Shown: positions 1 through 9,461, numbered from the stretch's first letter. The stretch is 64,000 nt of DNA from Actinobacteria bacterium HGW-Actinobacteria-7 (GCA_002841275.1 PHET01000004.1:87289-151288), one strand, 5' to 3'. Notes: generated from the letters alone by a model not told the origin. Numbers and translations: made by a program.

Positions 1-801
1 CGGGCGGTCGGTGATCATCGCATCGTAGCTATCGGCGACCGCGAGCACGCGCGCACCTAGCGGGATATCCTCGGCGGCGACACCGTGATAGCCGGAACCG
101 TCGTAGTACTCGTGATGGAAGCGCACGATGGGAAGCACTTCTTTGAGCATCCCGCCCATCGGTTCGAGCATCGATGAGCCTTTGGTCGTATGAGTCTTCA
201 TGTGGTTCCACTCCTCAGGGGTGAGCGCGCTTGCCTTCGTGAGTACCCCGAGGTTGATGTCCAGTTTGCCAATGTCATGAAGCAGTCCGGCGACTCGGAT
301 ATCCTCGGCGTCGGCCTCGCTCATCCCCATGCTCAACGCAATCTTCTTGCCTAGCACCGAAACACGCACCGAATGGTCCTGCGTGTAGTCGTCAACCGCG
401 TCGATGAACTTCGCGACGATTTCCAGGATGCCCTCGTATGCTTGCTGAAGGTCCCTGGCCGACTGGGTCTTCAGGTCGTAGAGGGTGCCAACGACATATG
501 CGGTCACAATCAGGAATGCACCCCAGAGGAAGATGTTCAGACCGGGTATGGCGACACTTCCACTGAACAGGTCAGGGCTGATCACCGCATACAGCCCGAT
601 GAGAAGCACCGCCACGACACCCGCGAGGACGCCTCGACGCCGGCCAAGGAAGTAGGCCGCCAAGAGCACTGGAATGTAGAAGAAGTTGAGGAATGCGAGC
701 TTGTTGCTGGCGATCAGCACCGTGTAGGCGGCACCCATCGTTAGCACTGCAACGAGAACGATCTCGAAGTTGTCGAATAACACCCGCTTTACGCGCTCCA
801 T
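1..801 (-). CDS. HD-GYP-like (HD domain) membrane phosphodiesterase, C-terminus outside window
   Basis: Not in the ORF track because it runs off the left edge. My minus-strand translation from ATG 801-799 reads MERVKRVLFDNFEIV..., then about 4 hydrophobic helices, then LLHDIGKL ... FHHEYYDGSGYHG ... AVADSYDAMITDRP. This is the HD-GYP signature with GYH in place of GYP. Confidence 0.8.
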   Translation of the reverse strand, partial: MERVKRVLFDNFEIVLVAVLTMGAAYTVLIASNKLAFLNFFYIPVLLAAYFLGRRRGVLAGVVAVLLIGLYAVISPDLFSGSVAIPGLNIFLWGAFLIVTAYVVGTLYDLKTQSARDLQQAYEGILEIVAKFIDAVDDYTQDHSVRVSVLGKKIALSMGMSEADAEDIRVAGLLHDIGKLDINLGVLTKASALTPEEWNHMKTHTTKGSSMLEPMGGMLKEVLPIVRFHHEYYDGSGYHGVAAEDIPLGARVLAVADSYDAMITDRP

Positions 802-926
802 CGTTGGTTCCCCTCGGCCACGTCCGGCGACCAAACCCCCAGCGATCATCGGCCGCTACTTATGAATCCTCGTCTTGTATCGGTAGCGTCTCGCAGAAAC
901 ATGAGCGAGCCTGAAGCGCCGAGCGC

Positions 927-1487
927 CTAGAGTCGCCGTGTCGCTACGCCAAGCGCCTCGGCCGCCTCGCCGATACTTGCCGCTCCCACTGTCTCTGCGC
1001 ACACGAGAGCGACGCGCGCGCACGCCTGGGCGTCACTCGCCGCGTCGTGGTGCATCAGCCGGATACCGCAGTGGTCGCACACCGTGTCCAGTTTATGGTT
1101 GCCCAGGTCCGGCAATGCCTTGCGGGCGAGATTCACCGTACAGGCGTATTCGTATCGCGGTGCATTGAGGTCCCGGCTGTCGATGAGCGCGCCTAGGACT
1201 CGCATGTCGAACGCCGCGTTGTGCGCGAGCAGCCGTCGCCCCGCCAGTTGCGGGCCGATCTCCCACCACAGCTCCTCGAAGTCTGGAGCGTGCTCCGTAT
1301 CCTCGGGAGTGATGCCGTGGATGAGCGTGTTGCGATACTCGTACTCGTTGAACGGCGGGCGAATCAGCCAACTTACCGTCTCGACGATCTCGAGCCCATC
1401 GATCAGGGCGATGCCCAGGGCGCAGGCACTGGTTGCCTCACGCGAGGCGGTTTCGAAGTCGATGGCGACCCAGAGGTCGTGGGGCAT
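927..1487 (-). CDS. DEDDh 3'-5' exonuclease (DnaQ/epsilon-like)
   Basis: ORF 927..1628 trimmed to the ATG at 1487, which follows GAGGAA. The protein reads MPHDLWVAIDFETAS ... LLAHNAAFDMRVL ... HHDAASDA (ExoI/II/III motifs). Confidence 0.8.
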   Translation of the reverse strand: MPHDLWVAIDFETASREATSACALGIALIDGLEIVETVSWLIRPPFNEYEYRNTLIHGITPEDTEHAPDFEELWWEIGPQLAGRRLLAHNAAFDMRVLGALIDSRDLNAPRYEYACTVNLARKALPDLGNHKLDTVCDHCGIRLMHHDAASDAQACARVALVCAETVGAASIGEAAEALGVATRRL

Positions 1488-1546
1488 ACGGGTTCCTCGG
1501 CGATTCTGAGAGCGTGCGGGCGCGGACCATTCTACGCCGCGCGCCC

Positions 1547-2161
1547 CTATTCGCTCAGAAGCGCGACTACCTCCGCGTCTTCTGTCTGGCTGAAGTCGTT
1601 GTAGAACTGGCCCACGGCCGAGAACCACGCCGGTACCTCGACCGCCACCACCTCGTCCACATGGCTCGACATGGTCGCCAGAGTGTTTGGAGGGGCCACC
1701 GGCACCGCAACGACGACTCGAGACGCACCCTCGCGTGCAAGCCAGTCGGCTGCGGCCATCGCGGTCAGACCGGTCGCCAGGCCATCGTCGACCAGAATCG
1801 CGGTGCGACCCTGCAGATCCAGCGGCGTACGTCCCGCCCTGAAGGTCGCGATTTCGTGCCGGATCTTGCTCAGTGCCACACCTGAGAGCCTGCCTACTTC
1901 CTCGGGAGACAAGCCCGCGGCAGGGTTGGGCAGGACAACACCATCAGGGGCGACCGCGCCCACGGCATACTCGGGGTGATCTGGCGCGCCCACCTTGGCG
2001 GCCGCAACGATGTCGAGCGGCAAATCGAGTGCTCGGGCGACCTCCGCTGCAACAACAACGCCTCCACGGGGTATACCTAACACGATTGCGCCGTCAGCTC
2101 GGTGGTAGGACTTGAGCTGCGCGGCGAGTCTCTGCCCGGCTTCCTTGCGGTTTGCGAACAC
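1547..2161 (-). CDS. phosphoribosyltransferase family protein
   Basis: 204 aa with a GTG start. Contains IPRGGVVVA and the PRPP-binding motif TAILVDDGLATGLT. Confidence 0.75.
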   Translation of the reverse strand: MFANRKEAGQRLAAQLKSYHRADGAIVLGIPRGGVVVAAEVARALDLPLDIVAAAKVGAPDHPEYAVGAVAPDGVVLPNPAAGLSPEEVGRLSGVALSKIRHEIATFRAGRTPLDLQGRTAILVDDGLATGLTAMAAADWLAREGASRVVVAVPVAPPNTLATMSSHVDEVVAVEVPAWFSAVGQFYNDFSQTEDAEVVALLSE

Positions 2162-2162
2162 G

Positions 2163-2188
2163 ACACATCACCTCTCGAGATGATGTGT
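2163..2188. promoter_or_regulatory. inverted repeat ACACATCA-N10-TGATGTGT in the divergent PRTase/ccoN intergenic region; possible operator
   Basis: 8-bp perfect arms at 2163-2170 and 2181-2188, with three more pairs inside. It starts 2 nt from the PRTase GTG and lies about 100 nt upstream of ccoN. Confidence 0.3.
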
Positions 2189-2291
2189 TCCACTCACGCG
2201 CAGGTGCCAAGCGGGACGATGGCGAATAGAATGACGGAGAGGGAGCGCCGCCGGCCACGGTCGCGTGCAAAACAATTAGGTAGGAGGGGCT

Positions 2292-3719
2292 ATGGCAGAC
2301 GCTGTCGAGACGCGCACCTCAGGGGATCGCGCCGCGAAGCTGTTCATGCTGTCCGCGGTGGGGTGGCTACTCTTCGGAGTGACCTTGGGGCTTATCCAGG
2401 CATTGGAGTTCATCGCGCCCGACTTCCTGGCCGGTATCCCGTGGCTGGTCTTCCCGCGAATCCGCCAGGCGCACGTCAACGGGCTGGCCTTTGGCTGGCT
2501 ATCGATGGCGATGATGGGTGGCTGGTACTACATCGTTCCGCGCCTCACGCGCACCAAACTCTACTCACAGACTCTGGCGCTGGTCACCGGCTGGCTGTGG
2601 AACGTGGCCCTGGCGATCGGCGTCGTTGGCGTCACGCTGGGATGGACCCAGGCCCGCGAGTACGCCGAGCTGGCTTGGCCGGTCGACATCGGCATCGTCG
2701 TCCTGCTTCTGCTCACAGGCTTCAATATCTTCATGACCATCGCCCGCCGAGAAGAGAAGGATCTCTACGTCTCTCTGTGGTACATCATGGGCACGCTCAT
2801 CTGGTTCCCCATCGTGTTCTCGATCGGAAACGTCATCTGGGCACCACCCACCGGCGCTCTGGCTGGTCTCAACGATGCGATCTGGGGCTGGTTCTACGGC
2901 CACAACATCCTCGGACTCTGGTTCACAACAGGATCGATCCCGATTCTGTACTTCATAGTCCCCAAGGAGGTGAAGCGCCCGCTGTATGGCTACAAGCTCG
3001 CGCTCATCGCCTTCTGGTTCCTCGCGTTCTTCTACTCGGCAGTCGGTACGCACCACATCCTGCAAGCGCCGGTGCCCGAATGGCTCAAGACCATCTCGGT
3101 CATCACGTCGATCGGGCTGCTGATTCCCGTCGCGGCGTTCGTGGTGAACATCTTCATGACGATGCGTGGCTCGTGGCGAGTGGCGTTCTACTCGATTCCA
3201 CTGCGGTTCGCACTGACCGGCGCGTTCTGGTACTTGGCGGTCAGTTTTCAGGGTTCACTTCAGGCGTTGCGCGGGCTGAACCAATACGTGCACTTCACCA
3301 ACTGGAGCGTGGCGCACGCACACCTCGCGTTGCTCGGCTTCGTGGCCTTCTCCATGTGGGGCGGTGTCTACTACATGATGCCGCGCATCACCGGTAACCC
3401 CCTGTACTCCGAGCGGCTGGGCTGGACCCACTGGTGGCTGACGACCTTCGGGTTCATCGGCTTCTTCCTCGTGCTGACAGCCGCTGGTCTGGTACAAGCG
3501 GCCGGGTTCTCGCGTGGGATTCCCATCATTCAGATACTGCCGGGCATCGAGCCTCTTTTCATCGGCCGAGCAGCCACAGGCACGATCATCATCTTCGGGC
3601 AGTACCTCTTCGCCTACAACATCATCCGCACGCTGAGAGGTAACCGCGCCACCAGTGAAGTCCCCGAAGTGTCCGCTGCCGATAAGCCCGCGGCATCCGC
3701 CGCGTCGGCGACGGCGTAG
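2292..3719 (+). CDS. ccoN: cbb3-type (C-family) heme-copper oxidase subunit I
   Basis: 475 aa, polytopic. Contains HVNGLAFGW, WFYGHNILGLWF, GTHHILQ and NWSVAHAHLALLGF. RBS AGGAGG lies upstream. Confidence 0.9.
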   Translation: MADAVETRTSGDRAAKLFMLSAVGWLLFGVTLGLIQALEFIAPDFLAGIPWLVFPRIRQAHVNGLAFGWLSMAMMGGWYYIVPRLTRTKLYSQTLALVTGWLWNVALAIGVVGVTLGWTQAREYAELAWPVDIGIVVLLLLTGFNIFMTIARREEKDLYVSLWYIMGTLIWFPIVFSIGNVIWAPPTGALAGLNDAIWGWFYGHNILGLWFTTGSIPILYFIVPKEVKRPLYGYKLALIAFWFLAFFYSAVGTHHILQAPVPEWLKTISVITSIGLLIPVAAFVVNIFMTMRGSWRVAFYSIPLRFALTGAFWYLAVSFQGSLQALRGLNQYVHFTNWSVAHAHLALLGFVAFSMWGGVYYMMPRITGNPLYSERLGWTHWWLTTFGFIGFFLVLTAAGLVQAAGFSRGIPIIQILPGIEPLFIGRAATGTIIIFGQYLFAYNIIRTLRGNRATSEVPEVSAADKPAASAASATA

Positions 3720-3733
3720 AAGGGAGTCCGAAG

Positions 3734-5611
3734 ATGCACATGTCACCTCGCACAATCATCATCGGCGGGCTCGCCGTGGTTCTCTCGGTAGTCGCCGTGG
3801 TCGTGTTCCTGCCGTTCGCTGTGTTCCGGCCAACACCCACGGTCACCACGCTGAAGTACACCGCACTCGAACAAGAAGGTCTCGAGCTCTACAAGTCCAA
3901 CGGATGTATGTACTGCCACAGCCAGTTCACTCGCCCCCACGATCACAACACGTCGCGGGTGAGCGTCGCTGGTGAGTATGTCTACGACCAGCCGCACCAG
4001 CTGGGAACACTTCGCACCGGACCGGACCTCGCGAACATCGGATTCAAGCGGGGCGACCGCTGGGAGATGGATCACCTGCTCAACCCGCGCAAATACACTC
4101 CGAACTCGATCATGCCCGCCTTCAGCTACTTGAGCGAGCATCAGCTCGAGGCCCTGGTCGCCTACCTCAATCGCAAGGGCAACAAGCGAAACGCCTCGAC
4201 GGACCTCATGATTCCCGCCGAGTATGACGACGTGAAGCAGCCGCTCGAACTGAGCATCGAGACATGGAACGCAGGCCGCAAGATCTACGCGGAGCGGTGC
4301 CTGACCTGTCACGGATGCGCGGGCAAGGGCGACGGCCCCTACGCCTACATCAATAACGCCAGACCCGCCGACCTGCGGCAACCGCGGTTCAAGGGCCTGG
4401 ATGCCAACTTCTTCTTCTGGCGACTTCGCGAGGGCGTGCCCGGTACCGTCATGCCTCAGTGGGAGGAATCGCTTTCGACCACCGAGATCTGGCAGGTCAT
4501 CGCCTTCATCCAGGGCGGGTTCATGGACATGGTGCCGCACTTCACCGACGAAGGTGACCTGCCGGCGGACTATGCCAAACTCACAGACCCGCTCAAGCGC
4601 GACGATGCGAACCTCGACGCGGGCAAAGCGATCTTCAACATGAACTGCGCGTTCTGCCACGGGTATGGCGGCATGGGAGACGGCCCGGACGCTGCCGGCC
4701 TCGCGCCCGCGCCGCCCAACTTCCACGACACCGCAACCTACGCGGAATGGACGGCGCCGGACTACTTCTGGCGCATCAGCGAGTCGATTCCCATGCGCGC
4801 GATGCCCCAGTGGAAGTACGTACTCGACGAGAAGCAGCGCTGGCTCGTGAGCAACTACGTCCGAGACGTACTCATCTTCCCGCCTGCGGAGGCCGAGCCC
4901 GTCGATCCGACGATACCGACTGCAGTCGAAGCCATGACGATGCCCAAGGGCGCCGACATCATGAAGGGTCGCGAGGTCTATCTGAAGCGGTGCTTCACCT
5001 GTCACGGCGATGCCGGCCAGGGGGAAGGTCCCTCCTCGGTGGTACTGCGTCCGACACCCGCCAACTTCACCGACCCGGACGTGGACGAGATTCCCGATTT
5101 CGAGCTGTTCTGGAAGGTCACGATGGGGCTGAGCAACTCAGCCATGCCGCAGTGGGGCCTGCTCCTGTCCGAGCAAGACCGCTGGAACGCCCTGCTCTAT
5201 GTGAAGAAGACCTTCGTCGCCCCGAGCGAGCCCCAAGACGTCAGCGATGAGCTGCCCGTCGCCTACCAAGCGCTCGAGCCGACCGTCGAGGACACGACAA
5301 GCGCTCGGGCGGCTGGGAAGCTCGCTTACGAGGCCTTCTGCTCGGAGTGCCACGGCCCCAAGGGGCTGGGCGACGGCCCGTATGGACCCGCGCTCATGCC
5401 GACGCCCGCCAACCTCGCCGAGGACCCGGCGTCAGTCTCCCCCGCCGAGTGGTGGTACTGGCGCCTCGACCAGGGCGTCGTGGGCTTCGACGGCAAGACA
5501 CCTCATCCCACCGCGATGCCCGCGTGGCGCTTCATCCTCACCGATGAGCAGAAATGGGACATCATCTTCTACGCCCGCGATCTCGTGGGTGCCAAGGATG
5601 GTGCTCAGTAA
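3734..5611 (+). CDS. CcoO-like monoheme subunit fused to four CcoP-type cytochrome c domains (5 CXXCH motifs)
   Basis: N-terminal TM helix, then NGCMYCHSQ ... GPDLANIG ... IMPAF (CcoO signature). Four further domains carry CLTCHG, CAFCHG, CFTCHG and CSECHG, each followed by GDGP/GEGP and an MPxW axial-Met motif. Confidence 0.85.
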   Translation: MHMSPRTIIIGGLAVVLSVVAVVVFLPFAVFRPTPTVTTLKYTALEQEGLELYKSNGCMYCHSQFTRPHDHNTSRVSVAGEYVYDQPHQLGTLRTGPDLANIGFKRGDRWEMDHLLNPRKYTPNSIMPAFSYLSEHQLEALVAYLNRKGNKRNASTDLMIPAEYDDVKQPLELSIETWNAGRKIYAERCLTCHGCAGKGDGPYAYINNARPADLRQPRFKGLDANFFFWRLREGVPGTVMPQWEESLSTTEIWQVIAFIQGGFMDMVPHFTDEGDLPADYAKLTDPLKRDDANLDAGKAIFNMNCAFCHGYGGMGDGPDAAGLAPAPPNFHDTATYAEWTAPDYFWRISESIPMRAMPQWKYVLDEKQRWLVSNYVRDVLIFPPAEAEPVDPTIPTAVEAMTMPKGADIMKGREVYLKRCFTCHGDAGQGEGPSSVVLRPTPANFTDPDVDEIPDFELFWKVTMGLSNSAMPQWGLLLSEQDRWNALLYVKKTFVAPSEPQDVSDELPVAYQALEPTVEDTTSARAAGKLAYEAFCSECHGPKGLGDGPYGPALMPTPANLAEDPASVSPAEWWYWRLDQGVVGFDGKTPHPTAMPAWRFILTDEQKWDIIFYARDLVGAKDGAQ

Positions 5612-5793
5612 TGGATCTCGCCGTCTACATGATCATCGCCACATGTACGGTCTTCGCGACGATCGCAGCGGTGACGCTGGCCTGGTCGTTCGCGGCCGGC
5701 CAGTGGCGCGACCTCGAGCACAATGCGAACATCGTCCTGGCCGATGACGACCCGTATCCGGGCACGCGCCCGGCACATCCGAACGGAGCGTGA
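5611..5793 (+). CDS. ccoS: cbb3 oxidase maturation protein CcoS/FixS
   Basis: ORF 5554..5793 trimmed to the ATG at 5611 (TAATG overlap with the upstream stop). MDLAVYMIIATCTVFATIAAVTLAWSFAAGQWRDLEHNANIVLADDD matches the CcoS pattern (single TM helix, GQxxDLE, DDD). Confidence 0.8.
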   Translation: MDLAVYMIIATCTVFATIAAVTLAWSFAAGQWRDLEHNANIVLADDDPYPGTRPAHPNGA

Positions 5794-5799
5794 TCACGC

Positions 5800-6120
5800 A
5801 TGCCCGCACAGCAGACCGGCGCGATCTGGTGGGCCCTGGGCGTGGGTGCCGGGTTCATCGTCGTCATCTACTTCCTCATAAGCTCTGCGTGGTTTCGCAA
5901 GGCGACAAACGACGCGGTTCCCGTGTCCGATGAACTGCCCGAACCGACCCAGCCCATCCACGAATACCCTGAAGGGCTGGCCGAGGCGCATGGGAAAGTG
6001 CCGGTGGTGCTTAAGATCCTCATCGGCAGCTTCCTCGTCTTTCTGGTCTACTACGTCGCGCAGTTCCTGATTGCCATGAACGGCACGCTGGGTACTTTCG
6101 ACCGATACCTGACCAAGTAG
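5800..6120 (+). CDS. small two-TM membrane protein in the cbb3 cluster, function unknown
   Basis: 106 aa with two hydrophobic helices. It sits between ccoS and the assembly genes. I recognise no motif. Confidence 0.55.
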   Translation: MPAQQTGAIWWALGVGAGFIVVIYFLISSAWFRKATNDAVPVSDELPEPTQPIHEYPEGLAEAHGKVPVVLKILIGSFLVFLVYYVAQFLIAMNGTLGTFDRYLTK

Positions 6121-6131
6121 CGAGGCAGCTC

Positions 6132-6893
6132 ATGGATATGGGTGCCAGCGGCCAGATGGCCGGACTTGCGAGCGCCGGCCTCTGGGCGGTGTTCCTGCTC
6201 GGACTCACGGGCGGGTTCGGACACTGTTTGCTCATGTGCGGTCCGCTTGTCTCGGCAGCCTCACTTGCCGAGGGATGCGGCGTGCGCGGAGCCGCTGGCG
6301 CTGAGCGCAAAGCGTTGCGCTTCCAGGTGGGCTACCACACAGGACGGCTCATCACGTACGTGCTCATTGGAGCGGTGCTGGGGCTACTGGGCGACGCAGG
6401 TGCTCTCACCGGGCTGGAGTCCGCGGCGCGCGTCGGCCCACTCTCTCTGTGGGTGAAGGTGATCGCCGGCCTGCTGACGCTCGCCGCTGGCGTGGCGCTT
6501 CTGATCGGCTCGCTACGTGGCCGCGGCGTGAAACTGCCCGAACCCACGCGTGCGATTGCCGGCTCCCGCTGGTTCTCGGCTGCCGTGTCATCACTGCTCG
6601 AGCGCGGGCCCCGCTGGGGCCTCGGTCTTGGCATGTTGATGGGGCTGCTCCCGTGTATGCCCCTGCTTCCGGTCGAGCTCACCGCGCTGGCCTCCGGCAA
6701 GCCTCTGTGGGGCATGCTGATCATGCTGGCCTTCGGTTTGGGCACCGTGCCTGCACTTGCGGGTTTCGGCGTCGCCAGCGGGCTTGTAGGAGCCCGAGCG
6801 AGGGGTGCTGCTGTGCTGGCATCAAGCGTTCTGGTCATCGCACTCGGCGCCATTGTGACCTGGCAAGGGTTCGCACTGGCGTTGGGCGCCTGA
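6132..6893 (+). CDS. DsbD_2 / TauE-SafE-like polytopic membrane protein with Cys motifs
   Basis: 253 aa. GFGHCLLMCGP in the first TM helix and LLPCMPLLP in a later one. Proteins of this family commonly sit beside ccoI/ccoS. Confidence 0.7.
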   Translation: MDMGASGQMAGLASAGLWAVFLLGLTGGFGHCLLMCGPLVSAASLAEGCGVRGAAGAERKALRFQVGYHTGRLITYVLIGAVLGLLGDAGALTGLESAARVGPLSLWVKVIAGLLTLAAGVALLIGSLRGRGVKLPEPTRAIAGSRWFSAAVSSLLERGPRWGLGLGMLMGLLPCMPLLPVELTALASGKPLWGMLIMLAFGLGTVPALAGFGVASGLVGARARGAAVLASSVLVIALGAIVTWQGFALALGA

Positions 6894-6899
6894 GCGATC

Positions 6900-9374
6900 G
6901 TGTGCGCCCAAGCGACGCCTCGCGAGAACAGTCCTGACGAATGCGACCTGTGTGGGCTGCCGTTGCTGGGTCGCCCGCTGCGCTCCGGCGACCAGGTCTT
7001 CTGCTGTGAGGGCTGCAAGCGCGTCTGGACCGCCGCGGGCGACAACGGCTTCGCCGAGCTGCTGAGCGCGCCCCGAGACCGAGCCGCCCGTACGGCCAGC
7101 GCGTCTTCTCGGAAGGCCGCTGCGGCGGCGGCTGCAGGGGCCCGCCGCGAGACGCTTCAGATCGGCGGCATGTGGTGCTCGTCGTGTGCGCTGGTGCTGG
7201 AGGACGCACTCTTGGGCGTGGATGGAGTTCTGGATGCCGAGGTGAGCTACGCCGCCTCACTTGCCCGCGTCACCTGGGATCCCGAGCGGACCGATCAGAT
7301 CTCCGTGGTGGGTCGGGTGGACCTGCTGGGTTATCAGGCGCGTCCGGCCCGCTTGGCCGAGTCGACCTCTCGCGACGCTGAAGACGCGTTCTTGCGCTTC
7401 TTTGTTGGTGTCGCGGTGGGAATGTGGGCGGTCTGGCCGACGCTCTTCCTCCTGTACCCTGCCTTCGTTCGCGGTCAGTACGCGTCGGTCCAGCGTGTCG
7501 AAGTCCTCACCGGGGTGTTCGCCTTGGTGGTTCTGCTCTACACGGGATGGCCGTTTCTCGCCGGAGCGTGGCGCGCTGCCCGCGTGGGGCGCGCAACGAT
7601 GGACACGCTCGTCGTACTGGGCACCTGGACCGCATGGGTCTTCAGTGCGTGGGCCACATGGAGTTCATCGGCTCCCACGTATTTCGAAAGCGTCGCGATG
7701 ATCCCAACGATCGTGATGCTGGGTCGCTGGATCGAAGCGCTCGGCCAGCGCGACGCGACGCGCTCACTGGTAGCACTGGCCCAGACCGAAGCCGCCCAAG
7801 ACGCCTGGGTGGTGCGCGCCGCGAATGCTCTGGACGAGACACAGCGCGTGCCACTCGAAACGGTGACGGTTGGAATGCTTGTGGCCGTGCGCGCCGGTGA
7901 ACGTGTTCCTGTGGACGGCAGGATCGTGTCGGGCTCAAGCGAGCTCGATCTCTCACGACTGACGGGCGAGCCACTACCCGCGACAGTCGGCGTGAACGAT
8001 GAGGTGTGGGCCGGTTCGATCAATCTCGCCGGCACCGTGGTGATCCGCGTCGAGCGTGTGGGCGCCGAGACGCTCTCGGGACGGCTCGCTTCGATAGCGG
8101 AGGACGCCGTATTCGCGAAGTCCAACGTCCAGCGTCTCGTCGACCGGATCGCTGCGCTGTTCGTGCCTGTCGTGCTTGCGACCGCAGCCGTCACACTGCT
8201 GATCACGGGCTTCTCGGCTGGCATCGCGGTGGGCGTCAGCCGTGCGGTCGCGGTGCTGGTGGTCGCTTGCCCGTGCGCGCTCGGGCTCGCCACGCCGCTC
8301 GCCATTGCGAATGCGGTCGGTGCGGGTGCGCGCCAGGGGATACTGATTCGCGGAGGACTGGCGCTCGAGCGCGCGGGGATGCTGGCGCTCGTAGCGCTCG
8401 ACAAGACGGGGACCCTGACGCAGGGGCGCCCTGCGGTCACCCGCGTCCTGCCGACAGGCGACGGCCCCGACGCCGAAGACGAGCTGCTTGCGGTGGCCTC
8501 AGGCTTAGAGGCCGGAGAGACGCATCCGGTGGCCCGGGCGATACTCGAGGCGGCGCGCTCGCGTGACGTTACACCTCGGGCGCCATCGGCCGCCGAACGA
8601 ATCGCGGGCATGGGCATCTCCGGTGAGACGGACGGGCGTGTCGTGCTGGCCGGGAGCGAGCAGTTGCTCGCGCAGCACGGTCTGCATCCACCGGCCGCTC
8701 TGGCTGAGTCCGTGGCGCGAGAACGTACTGCGGGCCGCATCGCCATCTGGGTTGCATCTGACGGCCGCGTATTGGGTGCGCTCGTGCTCGCCGACCCCAT
8801 CAGATCTGAGGCGGCGCCGGTCATCGAACAGCTGGCGGCCCGCGGAGTGAGCGTCGCCGTCGTGAGCGGAGACTCGCAGGCCACGACCCAGTCGGTGGCC
8901 GATGAACTCGGAATCGCGAGCGCTTACGGCGAGGTGATGCCGCACGACAAGGAGCGCGTCGTGGCCGAGCTGGGTGCCGCACTCTCAGCAGATGCCCATT
9001 CCGACCGCGCACCGACCGTCGCGTTCGTGGGCGACGGCATCAACGATGCTGCTGCTCTCGCCGCTTCAGACCTCGCGGTGACGGTGGTTGATGCCAGCGA
9101 TGTCGCGCAGCTCGCAGCCGACGCGGTGCTACTCGACGCCGAGAGGCCCCTCGCCGCGCTTCCCGCGCTCGTGGACCTGTCGCGGGCGACCAGCCGGATC
9201 ATCACGCAGAACCTGGTGTGGGCGTTCGCCTACAACGCAGTGACAGTGCCGCTGGCGATACTCGGCCTGCTCTCGCCGATAGCCGCCGCCGTGGCGATGG
9301 CACTGTCGTCTCTGGCCGTGGTGGCCAACTCGTGGCGGCTGCAAGGCACGCCGACCACGGTGCGAACAAGGTGA
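6900..9374 (+). CDS. ccoI: copper-translocating P1B-type ATPase, CcoI/FixI-like
   Basis: N-terminal CDLCGLP...FCCEGCKRVW, HMA site GMWCSSCA, then CPCALGLATP, DKTGTLT and GDGINDAAAL. Confidence 0.9.
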   Translation: MCAQATPRENSPDECDLCGLPLLGRPLRSGDQVFCCEGCKRVWTAAGDNGFAELLSAPRDRAARTASASSRKAAAAAAAGARRETLQIGGMWCSSCALVLEDALLGVDGVLDAEVSYAASLARVTWDPERTDQISVVGRVDLLGYQARPARLAESTSRDAEDAFLRFFVGVAVGMWAVWPTLFLLYPAFVRGQYASVQRVEVLTGVFALVVLLYTGWPFLAGAWRAARVGRATMDTLVVLGTWTAWVFSAWATWSSSAPTYFESVAMIPTIVMLGRWIEALGQRDATRSLVALAQTEAAQDAWVVRAANALDETQRVPLETVTVGMLVAVRAGERVPVDGRIVSGSSELDLSRLTGEPLPATVGVNDEVWAGSINLAGTVVIRVERVGAETLSGRLASIAEDAVFAKSNVQRLVDRIAALFVPVVLATAAVTLLITGFSAGIAVGVSRAVAVLVVACPCALGLATPLAIANAVGAGARQGILIRGGLALERAGMLALVALDKTGTLTQGRPAVTRVLPTGDGPDAEDELLAVASGLEAGETHPVARAILEAARSRDVTPRAPSAAERIAGMGISGETDGRVVLAGSEQLLAQHGLHPPAALAESVARERTAGRIAIWVASDGRVLGALVLADPIRSEAAPVIEQLAARGVSVAVVSGDSQATTQSVADELGIASAYGEVMPHDKERVVAELGAALSADAHSDRAPTVAFVGDGINDAAALAASDLAVTVVDASDVAQLAADAVLLDAERPLAALPALVDLSRATSRIITQNLVWAFAYNAVTVPLAILGLLSPIAAAVAMALSSLAVVANSWRLQGTPTTVRTR

Positions 9375-9387
9375 GGTATGTTCGCAC
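9360..9387. terminator. hairpin GTGCGAACA/TGTTCGCAC spanning the ccoI stop codon, between convergent genes
   Basis: 9-bp perfect stem with a 10-nt loop and no clear U-tract. Confidence 0.35.
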
Positions 9388-9461
9388 ACACGCAACCCCA
9401 GATCATCTGCGGCATGCCCGCAGGGAGCCCGTAGCACAACAACGTCCGCACCGACGTCACC

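Noticed and set aside
3743-5005. 420-aa ORF antisense to the CcoO-cytochrome c fusion gene. Similar long antisense or off-frame ORFs occur at 2102-3397, 7538-8884, 14443-15753, 17295-18293, 22516-23709, 36702-37781, 43413-44297 and 51363-52679.
   Set aside because: These are typical high-GC shadow ORFs. Their products are Arg/Pro/Gly/Ala-rich low-complexity sequences with no motifs. Each lies opposite or out of frame with a gene that has clear family signatures and a good RBS.
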